37,258 bases of DNA from a virus. The translations under genes were made by a program, and so were the position numbers. Under the pieces are notes generated by a model. That model worked only from the letters and a program-made list of their open reading frames with translations. It did no database searches and had not been told where the DNA came from. Location: positions 1-37,258 of the IMG/VR virus record IMGVR_UViG_3300045988_170598. The stretch is one strand, 5' to 3'. Shown here one piece after another: positions 9,059 to 18,840 of this stretch (position 1 is the first letter of the stretch; every line of letters begins with the position of its first letter).

Positions 9059-9086
9059 AAGAGCTTACATTTTGTAAGCTCTTTTT
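9059..9086 (+). terminator. rho-independent terminator inside the tail operon
   Basis: A 10-bp stem, AAGAGCTTAC (9059-9068) with GTAAGCTCTT (9074-9083), followed by a T-run. Confidence 0.75.
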
Positions 9087-9129
9087 ATATTTAAAGTTTA
9101 AAAAATTTTAAGAAAGAAGGTTTAATTTT

Positions 9130-9363
9130 ATGGCAAATAAAAATAATAGAAAGTTTCAAAAAAATAAAGGTAAGGAAAATATAGTTGATGTTGACTACAC
9201 AGAAGTTAATAAGCAAGAAGATGTTAAGCCTACATTTGCAGAAGGTAATTATGTAATTACTGTAGCTTCTAAAGGAGAAATACTTAAGAAAATCGCTGTA
9301 GCTGGTGCTGAGGTTTATGTAACTAAATTATCAGATGGAGGTCTAACTGTAGACCTTAAATAA
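9130..9363 (+). CDS. hypothetical protein (77 aa)
   Basis: SD AGAAAGAAGG upstream. Basic N-terminus. No family recognised. Confidence 0.5.
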   Translation: MANKNNRKFQKNKGKENIVDVDYTEVNKQEDVKPTFAEGNYVITVASKGEILKKIAVAGAEVYVTKLSDGGLTVDLK

Positions 9364-9380
9364 TAAGGAGGAGTTAGACT

Positions 9381-12300
9381 ATGCTTAAACTTAAAGATAA
9401 AAATAAAAAGCTTGTAGCTGGACTTATAAATTATAAAGATTTATGTATAGAGAGCACTCTTTCAACGGGAGATAAGAAGCTCTCTTTTTCTTTACATAAA
9501 GAAGATAAATTTTACAATCTTATAGAAGAAGAATGCTATATAGAAACTAAAACACAAGAATATGTAATTAAAGCAAGAGATGTAGGTGTAGATTACACTA
9601 GATTCGATTGTGTTCTTAATTTAGAAGAACTTGAAGCTAATATATTTGATAGATTTGAAAGTGTAGAGCAAACAATAACTAATGCTATTAATCTCGCTAT
9701 AGTAGGAACTGGATGGACAGTAAATGATAATACATTAAAGAAAAAGAGAACTGTTAGGTGTACTAATAAGAATGCTTTAGAAATAGTACAAGAGATAAAA
9801 AAGACTTATAGAGTAGATATAGTTTTTAATACTCTTAAGAGAGAAATAGAAGTATATGAACATCTTGGGGAAGATAAGGGAACTTACTTTATAGATAGTT
9901 TAAATCTTACAGCACTACAAGTACAATCAGATTCTTATAAATTTGCTACTAGAATAATAGCAGAAGGTAAGGATGGATTGAGTTTTTCAGATATCAACAA
10001 TGGTAAAAACTATGTAGAAAATTATCAGTATTCTCGTAAAGTTAAAACAATTTATTGGAAGGATGAAAGGTACACCGTAAAAGAAAGTCTTTTGGAAGAT
10101 GCTAAGGCTAAATTAGAAGAAATATCTAAGCCTTATACTTCTTATAATGCCAGCATTCTTAATTTAGCTGAATTAAATCCAAAATATAAAAATATTTTAG
10201 ACTATCAACTAGGGGACACTATTACTCTTATTTCTAGGAATAATAAAGTTAAAGATAAACAGAGAATAGTTAAAACAGTTGAATATCCTTTGGATCACTC
10301 TCGAGATACAGTAGAACTTGCCAATGCTATTTTAAAATTCGAAGATATCCAACAAGAAAATCAAGAAACTACAGATACAGTAAATAATATAACAAGCGAC
10401 AATGGAACTTTAGATAGTAATGCAATAGAAGATAATAGTATTGAAATTAAAAAAATAGATAACTTTGAAGCTAATGTATTAAAAGTTACTAAACTAGATG
10501 TTATAAATGCAAATATCGAAAATTTACACGCTAATAAAGCTGACATACAAGATTTAAATGCAGTAAAAGCAACTGTAGGGCAACTTGAAGCAACAAAAGC
10601 TAATATTACTCAATTAAATGCTACAAATGCAGAAATAAGTAAGCTTGATACTCTGAAAGCTAATATTGTAGATTTAAATTCAGCAACTGCTAAAATCGGA
10701 GTATTAGAAGCTAAAACAACTAGTATAGATAATTTATTATCTCAAAAAGCAGATATTAAAGATTTAAATACTTTAAATGCTAATATTTCTAATGCTTTAA
10801 TTAAAAAAGCTAATGTAGCTGAATTAGAAGCTATGGAAGCTAAAACTAATAAATTAATAGCTAATAAGGCTGATATATCTGATTTAAATGCTGCAAATGC
10901 AAATATTAACTCAATAAAAGCAGATACAGCTGATATAAAAACATTAATCAATGGAAATTTATCTAGTGAAAATATTCAGACTGGTGGAATTACATCTGAT
11001 AAATTAACTATTTCAGATGGTTTTATAAAAGATGCAATGATAGCTAATGTTAGTGCTTCTAAATTAGCAGCAGGAACTATTGACGCTGCTAAAATCAATG
11101 TAGTTAATCTTAATGCAGATAATTTAACAGTAGGTAAGATTAATGGACATTTATTAAAAGATGGATCTATATCTGGATTAGCAATAGGAAATGGAGCAAT
11201 AGATAATAGCAAAGTAGCTCCAGGAGCAAATATAGAAGCAAGTAAGATAAATATTAATAGTGTAGTAACAGCTATAAATGCTGGTAGCACATTATTAACA
11301 GCTAATAAAATTGCTATTGATTCAGATAAAGGAACTTTAGATCTTGCTTTTAAGAATTTAAATACTTCTTTAGATGCTAATAAAAAAGCTACTGAAAGCA
11401 ATTCAACAGCAATTAATGTACAACAAGGGCAAATAAATGCATCTATAGAAAATTCTAAGATCTTAGAAGGTAAGCAAAAAACTTTAGAAGATAATTATAA
11501 TAGAACAGCTTCTACAGTAGATTCATTAAAAAACACTATAGGAAGTCATAAAACACTTATAGATTCGGCTACTGGAAAGATAACTAGCGTGGAAGTTAAA
11601 GCTAATACATTAGAAAAGAATTTAAATGGATTAACTCAAACTGTTACTGATACTAAAAAAGTTATAGAAAATAATAAAACTTCATTAGAAAGTAAAAACG
11701 CTGAATTAAAAGCAAATATAGATAAAGTTTCAAGCAGTTTATCATCTGTATCTAATACAGTAGATAAAAATAATAAAACATTAGTAGCTAAAACTAATAC
11801 ACTAGAGCAAAATCTAAATGGATTAACTCAAACAGTAGAGAGTAACAAAACTGTTACTGATGGGAAAATAACATCAGTAGAAAGTGAAACGCATGAATTA
11901 AAGGCTGGATTAGGTGGACTTACTTCAAAGTTAGATACATTAAAAAGTACAACAGATGGTATTAATAAAACTGTAAGTAATCAAGGTAGTGTTATTAATC
12001 AACTTAAAGATTCAATTAACTTAAAAGTTGATTCTTCTACTTTTACTCAATCTACACAAACTATAAATAATAATATTACTAGAGCTAAAGAACAGGCGAT
12101 AATTGGAGCTAGAAGTATTCCGGATACAAGGAGCAATAATGAAAATCCAGGATGGTATATGCAACATTATGCATTTCAAACAATTACAGAATTTAAATAT
12201 GCTAATGTCATTGGAGTACCTAATGGAGGTTCATGGTATGGAACACTAGAAACTACAGTGCCATGGAATAACGCAAGTGGTGGATATCCAACTCAAGTAT

Positions 12301-15300
12301 TTAGAAGTAATTCATCTCCTGTTTATCAAAGGCATGGAAATGATTTAAATACATGGAGTAGTTGGGAACAGATAGAAGATACTCAAGGTTCTCAAGATAA
12401 AGCTAATAATGCGTTAAGTAATGCTAAAAGCTATTCTGATTCTAAAAAACAAGAAGCAATTAAAGCAGCTGAAAACTTAGCATTAGAAAAATCTAACTTA
12501 GCTAAAAAGTACGCTGATGAAGTAGCAAAGGCAAAAGCAGAGCTTGCAAAACAACAAGCTATAGCTAATGCAGATGGGAAAATAAGTGCTGAAGAAAAGA
12601 AAAGAATACAACAAGCACAGGAGAATCTTAATACAGCAATTTCTAAAGCAGATAAGGCGAAACAAGATGCAATAAATGAAGCTAATAGAGTAGCAGAGTT
12701 AAAGAAACAAGAAGCTATAAATAGTGCTAATAGCCATGCTGATAATAAAGCAAATGAAGCTCTTAATAATGCTAAAGCTTTTGTTAATGCAGAGATAACA
12801 ACAGTAAACTCTCATTTAAATAAAGCTACATCTGAAATAAATGTCTTGAAAGAAAAAATAGAGAGTAAAGTTTCTCAATCAGACATAGATAAATCTATTC
12901 AGGAAATAAAAATAGGTGGCAGAAATTTAGCTTTGAATAGTTCAAGATTTGAATTGCCAGCTAGAAATACTGGAACAGCTTCAGATAATTATAACTATAT
13001 TTCAATAGATGCTAATTTATTATTAAATTCTGAATATACAATATCAGCAAATGTTGAGATAGTTTCAGGTAGTATTAAAGAAATTAGTATTTATGATTAT
13101 CCTGGTGGAAAATGCTCTAGAGTTCCAATAATAAATAATAGAATAACCTATACATTTACTAAAAGAAGTAATACAGTTAATTCTGTATTGCTATATGCTG
13201 GTTTAGCAGGAGAAACTAGAGGAAATTCTGTTATTTTTACAAACGTAATGCTTGAGAAAGGGAATATGGTTTCAGATTGGTCACCAGCTCCAGAAGATAC
13301 TGACAAGCTAATTATAGACAATATTAAAACAGTAACAGATAAAATAACTACAGTAGAAAGTAAATTTACACAAGAAAATAACAGTATAAAAGCTAGTGTA
13401 CAAGATTTAAACTCTACAACTCAAACTATTACAACTAATGTAAGTAATATAAATAGAGATTTAACAAGTAAAATAAATTCTAATTTAGATGCAGCTAAAA
13501 CTTTTGCTACAGATATAGCTATAGCAAAAGCTAATCTTGCAAAAGAACAAGCTATAGCTTCAGCTGATGGAAAAATTACAGCTGAAGAACAGAAAAGAAT
13601 TCAACAAGCTCAAGCTAACCTTAATACAGCCATAGCTAAAGCTACAGAAGCAGAAACTAAAGCTAAATCTTATGCGGATGTAAAAAAACAAGAAGCTATT
13701 AATTCAGCCAATAATAATACTACTAATGCTATAAATAATTTAGATATTGGTATATACAATTTAGCCAATGAAAGTGGAAATTTTTTAGGTAATACAGGGC
13801 TTTTTGTTGCTAATGGTGGAACTTTGGAAATAGATTCTAAAAATACTTTTAGAGGATATAATACTATAAAAATTAAAGGGAATTCAGGTGCATGTTATAA
13901 AGATTATATAGAATTACAAGGTAATACTACATATTGTTATAGTTGCTGGATTAAAAGTGATAGAATTATTCCTTTAAATGTTTCTACTCCATTACATATA
14001 TGGATTAAAGAGAATTCAGATGATAGTAATTGTCATAGAGAAATAATTCTAAAATATTCAAAAGAAATAAATTCCAATTGGCAACAAGTATTTATAATCT
14101 TTAAGACACCTTCAAATAAAGATAAGTATATAATGAAACCATTTATATACGGAATAGGTGAAGCTACTGTATGGTTAGCTAATTTTCAAGTAAAAAAAGG
14201 TAGTATTTTAAATGATTGGACACCTAATCCAAATGATTTAAAGAAATATTCTGAAGAAGTAGCAAAGGCAAAAGCAGAGCTTGCAAAACAACAAGCTATA
14301 GCTAATGCAGATGGCAAGGTTACGGAGGAAGAAAGAAAAAGAATACAACAAGCACAGGAAAATCTTAATACTGCTATAGCAAGAGCTGATAAGGCTAAAC
14401 AAGATGCTATTAATACAGCAAGTACAGATGCAACTAACAAAGCAAATAATGCTTTAAATAGTGCTAAGGCGTTTGTTAATGCAGAAATAACAACAGTTAA
14501 TAATAAAGTGCATAACGTAGAAAGTAATATTGATATATTAAAAAATAAAATTGCTCTTAAAGTTGAACAATCAGACATAGATAAAACAAAAACAGAGTTA
14601 ATTAATAAGATAAATGTTATAGATAATTTAGCTAATAACGCTAAAGATTTAGCTAGTGCCATGAGCTTAGGTAAAATGTTATTTAGTGATCCTACATTTA
14701 AAAATAGTTCTAACAATATTAAAACTTACAATAACAATGGAAATGGAACAGTAACAACTTCAAGAATTTCTAAAATAAATGGATGTCCAACTGATTCACT
14801 ATATTGTATAGAAGTAAAAACTGTTGGAAGTGCAAGTCCTAACCATGGTGGATTTTATTTTGGAAATATGACTAGAGCAAATGCAATATTTGTAACGAAA
14901 ATTATTGCTAAAATTCCAGTTGGATTAAGAATAGGGTGGTATTCAAATTCAACAGGGAATAATGGGAGTTCTAAATGGTTAACATCAGTAAATGGAACAG
15001 GTAAGTGGGAAGAGTATATACATTTATTAAAATGTGGTGATACAGGAAGTTTTTCTAGTACCAGTTTCTTTGCAGTAGATGGAGGGGGAACTCCATCAGC
15101 TAGCAATCCTATAGTTTGGCATTTAGCTTATGCAACAGTTTTTGATATAACTGAAAATGATGAATCAGTTAATGTATTAAAAACTGAAATGTCAACAGCT
15201 AAAAATAAAGTTGCAACAATAGAAACTAATTTAGATAATATTACTCAACGAGTAAGTTCTACTGAAAGCAAAACACACTCTATAGAAACTACATTAGGTG

Positions 15301-16607
15301 GGAAAGCATCTAAACAAGAAGTTGCAGAAGTTAATAATAGGGTTACTACTATAAAAGCTAGTTTAGATGGAATTACACAGAGAGTAAGTGCTACAGAAAG
15401 TAAAACACAAACTTTAGAAACTAATCTGAATGGCAAGGCTAGTAAGCAAGAAGTAAGTAATGTTAGTAGTAAAGTTGTTTCTTTAGAAACTAATCTAAAT
15501 GGAATAACTAATAGAGTTTCTAATACAGAAAGTAGAATAAATACTTTAGATGGAAAAGTTGCTAGTGCTGTAACCAATCAACAATTTACAGAGTTTAAAC
15601 AAAGTAATGATAAATTTAAATTTACTGTAGAGCAAAGAAGTAGTGTATCTAATATACTTCCTAATGGTAGTTTTTTTGGTGGAGATCGTGGATGGCTTCA
15701 TAATGGTTCAGAATTTTGGGCTGGTGCTTATAGTGGATATGGATTCAAAGGAAGAATTACTGGTGCAATAAAAAATAGAGCAGCATATAACAATCCAGAA
15801 AGATACTTACAAACTCATAAAGCTTATAAAGTTAAAAAGAACACTACTTATACAATAAACTTTCATTATATTTGTGAAAAGAATGTTCAATCAATGGATG
15901 CTTTTGTTGTTTTAAGTGATACTGAACATGGTGATTATGCACAACCAATTTGTGTATTGACAGCTCAAGGTGGTTCTCAAAGTAATGCAACTGAAGAAAA
16001 ACCATTTACATATAAATTTAATACAGGTAACCATGAGTGGGTATGGATTAGATTTGACCATAATGGAATGAAAAGTGGTGTTAATTGGGATGAATTTTGT
16101 TGGGTTTATGTTAGTGAAATTGGAATCTATGAAGGTGATGTCGGAGCTGTTAAGTGGATACCAAAAGGTGGAGAAGTTTATTCAGCTAACTATCAAATGG
16201 ATGGTCTAGGATTCAAAGGGACTTTTGAAGATGGTACTTATGCATCTTTAGGTAAAGATGGACTTGAATGGTTTAACGCTGGTACTGGACATGCATATCA
16301 TGCATTAACATACGTAACCTCATTCGATATTCCAATTGGTAATCCAGGTAAAGCATATATAAAACTACCAGCTGAATTTACAAAAAGAAGAAGCTCTCTT
16401 AAATGGACAGTTGCATTAAGAGGATATTATTACTCAACAAGTGGCGATTTCTTCCCATTCCATATACATTGTACTGGTGGAAGGGATTATATAGAAAATG
16501 GCCTTGTTGTATGTGAAGTTCAAGGTTACTGTAAAATACAAAATGCTCAAAATGCTGGTGATATACAGTTTAGACCACTTACAGCTATGTTAATAGCTAT
16601 AGCTTAA
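9381..16607 (+). CDS. giant tail-associated protein: Tal N-terminal domain (prophage tail / minor structural protein type) fused to coiled-coil fibre and several carbohydrate-binding-like modules (receptor-binding protein)
   Basis: 2408 aa with a strong SD. The N-terminal 330 aa or so are typical of the phage minor structural protein N-terminal region. Downstream are repeats, a knob-like domain and beta-rich modules ending in DWSPAPEDT and DWTPNPNDL. Confidence 0.85.
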   Translation: MLKLKDKNKKLVAGLINYKDLCIESTLSTGDKKLSFSLHKEDKFYNLIEEECYIETKTQEYVIKARDVGVDYTRFDCVLNLEELEANIFDRFESVEQTITNAINLAIVGTGWTVNDNTLKKKRTVRCTNKNALEIVQEIKKTYRVDIVFNTLKREIEVYEHLGEDKGTYFIDSLNLTALQVQSDSYKFATRIIAEGKDGLSFSDINNGKNYVENYQYSRKVKTIYWKDERYTVKESLLEDAKAKLEEISKPYTSYNASILNLAELNPKYKNILDYQLGDTITLISRNNKVKDKQRIVKTVEYPLDHSRDTVELANAILKFEDIQQENQETTDTVNNITSDNGTLDSNAIEDNSIEIKKIDNFEANVLKVTKLDVINANIENLHANKADIQDLNAVKATVGQLEATKANITQLNATNAEISKLDTLKANIVDLNSATAKIGVLEAKTTSIDNLLSQKADIKDLNTLNANISNALIKKANVAELEAMEAKTNKLIANKADISDLNAANANINSIKADTADIKTLINGNLSSENIQTGGITSDKLTISDGFIKDAMIANVSASKLAAGTIDAAKINVVNLNADNLTVGKINGHLLKDGSISGLAIGNGAIDNSKVAPGANIEASKININSVVTAINAGSTLLTANKIAIDSDKGTLDLAFKNLNTSLDANKKATESNSTAINVQQGQINASIENSKILEGKQKTLEDNYNRTASTVDSLKNTIGSHKTLIDSATGKITSVEVKANTLEKNLNGLTQTVTDTKKVIENNKTSLESKNAELKANIDKVSSSLSSVSNTVDKNNKTLVAKTNTLEQNLNGLTQTVESNKTVTDGKITSVESETHELKAGLGGLTSKLDTLKSTTDGINKTVSNQGSVINQLKDSINLKVDSSTFTQSTQTINNNITRAKEQAIIGARSIPDTRSNNENPGWYMQHYAFQTITEFKYANVIGVPNGGSWYGTLETTVPWNNASGGYPTQVFRSNSSPVYQRHGNDLNTWSSWEQIEDTQGSQDKANNALSNAKSYSDSKKQEAIKAAENLALEKSNLAKKYADEVAKAKAELAKQQAIANADGKISAEEKKRIQQAQENLNTAISKADKAKQDAINEANRVAELKKQEAINSANSHADNKANEALNNAKAFVNAEITTVNSHLNKATSEINVLKEKIESKVSQSDIDKSIQEIKIGGRNLALNSSRFELPARNTGTASDNYNYISIDANLLLNSEYTISANVEIVSGSIKEISIYDYPGGKCSRVPIINNRITYTFTKRSNTVNSVLLYAGLAGETRGNSVIFTNVMLEKGNMVSDWSPAPEDTDKLIIDNIKTVTDKITTVESKFTQENNSIKASVQDLNSTTQTITTNVSNINRDLTSKINSNLDAAKTFATDIAIAKANLAKEQAIASADGKITAEEQKRIQQAQANLNTAIAKATEAETKAKSYADVKKQEAINSANNNTTNAINNLDIGIYNLANESGNFLGNTGLFVANGGTLEIDSKNTFRGYNTIKIKGNSGACYKDYIELQGNTTYCYSCWIKSDRIIPLNVSTPLHIWIKENSDDSNCHREIILKYSKEINSNWQQVFIIFKTPSNKDKYIMKPFIYGIGEATVWLANFQVKKGSILNDWTPNPNDLKKYSEEVAKAKAELAKQQAIANADGKVTEEERKRIQQAQENLNTAIARADKAKQDAINTASTDATNKANNALNSAKAFVNAEITTVNNKVHNVESNIDILKNKIALKVEQSDIDKTKTELINKINVIDNLANNAKDLASAMSLGKMLFSDPTFKNSSNNIKTYNNNGNGTVTTSRISKINGCPTDSLYCIEVKTVGSASPNHGGFYFGNMTRANAIFVTKIIAKIPVGLRIGWYSNSTGNNGSSKWLTSVNGTGKWEEYIHLLKCGDTGSFSSTSFFAVDGGGTPSASNPIVWHLAYATVFDITENDESVNVLKTEMSTAKNKVATIETNLDNITQRVSSTESKTHSIETTLGGKASKQEVAEVNNRVTTIKASLDGITQRVSATESKTQTLETNLNGKASKQEVSNVSSKVVSLETNLNGITNRVSNTESRINTLDGKVASAVTNQQFTEFKQSNDKFKFTVEQRSSVSNILPNGSFFGGDRGWLHNGSEFWAGAYSGYGFKGRITGAIKNRAAYNNPERYLQTHKAYKVKKNTTYTINFHYICEKNVQSMDAFVVLSDTEHGDYAQPICVLTAQGGSQSNATEEKPFTYKFNTGNHEWVWIRFDHNGMKSGVNWDEFCWVYVSEIGIYEGDVGAVKWIPKGGEVYSANYQMDGLGFKGTFEDGTYASLGKDGLEWFNAGTGHAYHALTYVTSFDIPIGNPGKAYIKLPAEFTKRRSSLKWTVALRGYYYSTSGDFFPFHIHCTGGRDYIENGLVVCEVQGYCKIQNAQNAGDIQFRPLTAMLIAIA
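10530..10949 (+). repeat. 14 tandem 30-bp (decapeptide) repeats within the Tal/RBP gene
   Basis: ANKADIQDLN AVKATVGQLE ATKANITQLN ATNAEISKLD ... ADTADIKTLI, with exact 10-residue periodicity. Confidence 0.85.
12519..12577 (+). repeat. 59-bp perfect direct repeat, copy 1 (start of a coiled-coil module of about 300 bp repeated in the Tal/RBP gene)
   Basis: Identical to 14256-14314. Similarity continues at lower identity. A third diverged copy lies near 13510-13720. Confidence 0.9.
14256..14314 (+). repeat. 59-bp perfect direct repeat, copy 2
   Basis: gaagtagcaaaggcaaaagcagagcttgcaaaacaacaagctatagctaatgcagatgg is identical to 12519-12577. Confidence 0.9.
15231..15570 (+). repeat. about 2.5 tandem 132-bp (44-aa) repeats in the Tal/RBP gene
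   Basis: Units start at 15231, 15363 and 15495 (L[DN][NG]IT[QN]RVS.TES...). Confidence 0.85.
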
Positions 16608-16625
16608 ATAGAAAGGAGGGTTATT

Positions 16626-16874
16626 ATGGATAATTCTATAAAAAACTTTGAAAAGAAAGTAACTTTATTTTATTCTCAATCAACTGGAGATATAAAGCTT
16701 CATGCTGGTGGAATACAAGATATGAGTTATTTTGGTCCAGAAAGAGATGATTATAATTATAAATTTATAGTTGTAGATAAAGATGATTATTTACTTAATA
16801 ACTTAGAAAATTTCAAAGTTGAAAATGGAAAGTTGAAACTAAAAAATAATGATATTTTAGCTAAATATATGTAG
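16626..16874 (+). CDS. hypothetical protein (82 aa) downstream of the tail fibre
   Basis: SD AAGGAGGG upstream. No family recognised. Confidence 0.55.
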   Translation: MDNSIKNFEKKVTLFYSQSTGDIKLHAGGIQDMSYFGPERDDYNYKFIVVDKDDYLLNNLENFKVENGKLKLKNNDILAKYM

Positions 16875-16891
16875 GCAGAAAGGAAAGCGAT

Positions 16892-17194
16892 ATGAATGTA
16901 GATATAACAGTATTTGTTGGCTTAGTATGCACTATTTTAGGTGCAGCTATAACAGTATATAAAACAAAAAAAGATAATGACAAATCTATTAGAGAGGATA
17001 CTGTACAAGATACAGTATTAGCAACAAAACTTGATTATATTTCAAAGGGCGTAGATGATATTAGACTTGATTTTAAGGCACAGGCTAGGGAAATTCAAGA
17101 TATTAAAATGGATATTGTTAAGCTTAAAGAAAGTAGTAAATCAGCACATCATAGATTAGATGGATTAGAAGAGATAAAGAAAGAAGGAATATAA
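16892..17194 (+). CDS. lysis-associated membrane protein (N-terminal TM + coiled coil; XhlA/holin-like)
   Basis: 100 aa. TM segment VFVGLVCTILGAAITVY, located immediately upstream of the holin and endolysin genes. Confidence 0.45.
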   Translation: MNVDITVFVGLVCTILGAAITVYKTKKDNDKSIREDTVQDTVLATKLDYISKGVDDIRLDFKAQAREIQDIKMDIVKLKESSKSAHHRLDGLEEIKKEGI

Positions 17195-17195
17195 A

Positions 17196-17681
17196 ATGGA
17201 AAAATTTTTAGACCCAATACTTAGTGCTTTAGCTGCTGCTATTGCACTTTTTTTAGCTACTATAATAAAAACTTTAGGAGATCAATTAATACAATTAATT
17301 AAAATTAAAGTAGAAGCTACAGATCAAAAACTTAAAGCTTCTAAGTATTCAGAAATATATGAAGCTGGTAAAAATATTTTTTATGCTATAGAAGAGAAAT
17401 ATAGAGTAACTGATAATATCGAAAATCTTGCTAAATCTAAAGCAGATTTATTTGATAAAATGCTTTTAGAAAAATTTCCACATTTAACTGAAAGGGAACT
17501 AACAGAAGTAAGACAAGCTCTAGCTGGAGAGTATAACAAGGGAAAAGCTATGTTAAATGAAGATAGCCTAAAACAACAAGCAGATAAATTAATAGAAGAA
17601 AATGAGAAATTAAAGACAGAAAAAGCTGATTTAAATAATAAATTAGCTGCAATATCTAATTATGTACCAGAAAATAATTAA
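17196..17681 (+). CDS. putative holin (LL-H-like: single N-terminal TM and long cytoplasmic tail)
   Basis: 161 aa. TM segment ILSALAAAIALFLATIIKTL. The gene sits just before the endolysin. Confidence 0.5.
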   Translation: MEKFLDPILSALAAAIALFLATIIKTLGDQLIQLIKIKVEATDQKLKASKYSEIYEAGKNIFYAIEEKYRVTDNIENLAKSKADLFDKMLLEKFPHLTERELTEVRQALAGEYNKGKAMLNEDSLKQQADKLIEENEKLKTEKADLNNKLAAISNYVPENN

Positions 17682-17769
17682 ATAGTAAAGGCAATAGAAT
17701 GGGTTAGAAATAGCCTTTTTTTATTGCTTTTAATTATATAAAAATATTTAAAAGAAAGGATGATTAATA

Positions 17770-18798
17770 ATGCAAAGTAGAAACAATAATAATTTAAAAG
17801 GAATTGACGTATCAAACTGGAAAGGAAATATAAATTTTCAAAGTGTAAAAAATGATGGCGTAGAAGTGGTTTATATTAAAGCTACAGAAGGTGATTATTA
17901 CAAAGATAAATATGCTAAACAAAACTATAATGGAGCAAAAGAACAAGGTTTAAAGGTAGGATTCTATCATTTCTTTAGAGCAAATAAAAATGCTAAAGAA
18001 CAAGCTAATTATTTTATTAATTATTTAAATGAAATAGGAGCAACTAACTATGATTGTAAATTAGCTTTAGATATAGAAACTACTGAAGGTATAGGGGTAA
18101 GGGATTTAACTTCTATGTGTATAGAGTTTTTAGAAGAGGTTAAAAGACTTACAGGAAAAGAAGTAATTGTTTATACTTATACAAGTTTTGCAAATAACTA
18201 TATAGATAGCAGATTAGGGAATTATCAAGTTTGGATTGCACATTATGGAGTGTCTACACCAGGAGCGAATAATATTTGGACAAGCTGGGTTGGATTTCAA
18301 TATTCTGAAAATGGAACTGTAGCTGGTGTTAATGGTGGATGTGATATGAATGAGTTTACAGAAGAAATATTCATTGATTCTAATAACTTTAATTTAAACA
18401 ATGCAACTACAAAAAATGTTGATACCCATCTTAATATAAGAGAAAAAGGAAGTTCAAGTTCTAGTATTGTCGGAACAATACCAGCTGGTGAGAAATTCGT
18501 AATAAAATGGGTTGATTCAAATTATTTAGGATGGTATTACATAAACTATAATGGTACTACAGGATATGTTAATGCAGATTTTGTTGAAAAATTACAAATG
18601 GCTACTACTAAGAATGTAAGTACATTTTTAAATGTAAGAGAAGAAGGAAATTTAAATTCAAGAATAGTTACAAAAATAAATGTTGGTGATGTATTTAGAA
18701 TTGATTGGGTAGACAGTAACTTTTTAGGTTGGTATAGGATAACAACTAAAAACGGTAGAACAGGATATGTTAATGCAGATTTTGTGAAAAAACTTTAA
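17770..18798 (+). CDS. endolysin: GH25 muramidase plus two tandem SH3_3 cell-wall-binding domains
   Basis: N-terminal [14 protein letters not shown]...VYIKATEG...FYHFF matches GH25. A 66-aa tandem repeat lies at 18403-18600 and 18601-18795, each copy ending [10 protein letters not shown]. Confidence 0.9.
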   Translation: MQSRNNNNLKGIDVSNWKGNINFQSVKNDGVEVVYIKATEGDYYKDKYAKQNYNGAKEQGLKVGFYHFFRANKNAKEQANYFINYLNEIGATNYDCKLALDIETTEGIGVRDLTSMCIEFLEEVKRLTGKEVIVYTYTSFANNYIDSRLGNYQVWIAHYGVSTPGANNIWTSWVGFQYSENGTVAGVNGGCDMNEFTEEIFIDSNNFNLNNATTKNVDTHLNIREKGSSSSSIVGTIPAGEKFVIKWVDSNYLGWYYINYNGTTGYVNADFVEKLQMATTKNVSTFLNVREEGNLNSRIVTKINVGDVFRIDWVDSNFLGWYRITTKNGRTGYVNADFVKKL

Positions 18799-18800
18799 TA

Positions 18801-18840
18801 AAAAGGCTAGGAGGGATTTAGTTCCCTACCTAGCCTTTTT
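18801..18840. terminator. bidirectional terminator between the endolysin and the convergent gene
   Basis: AAAAGGCTAGGAGGGA / TCCCTACCTAGCCTTTT hairpin (one bulge), flanked by A and T runs. Confidence 0.8.

Noticed and set aside
9381-16607. Diversity-generating retroelement targeting the repeated fibre modules
   Set aside because: No reverse transcriptase ORF and no template-repeat/variable-repeat pair with adenine-specific differences was seen. The repeats are ordinary module duplications.
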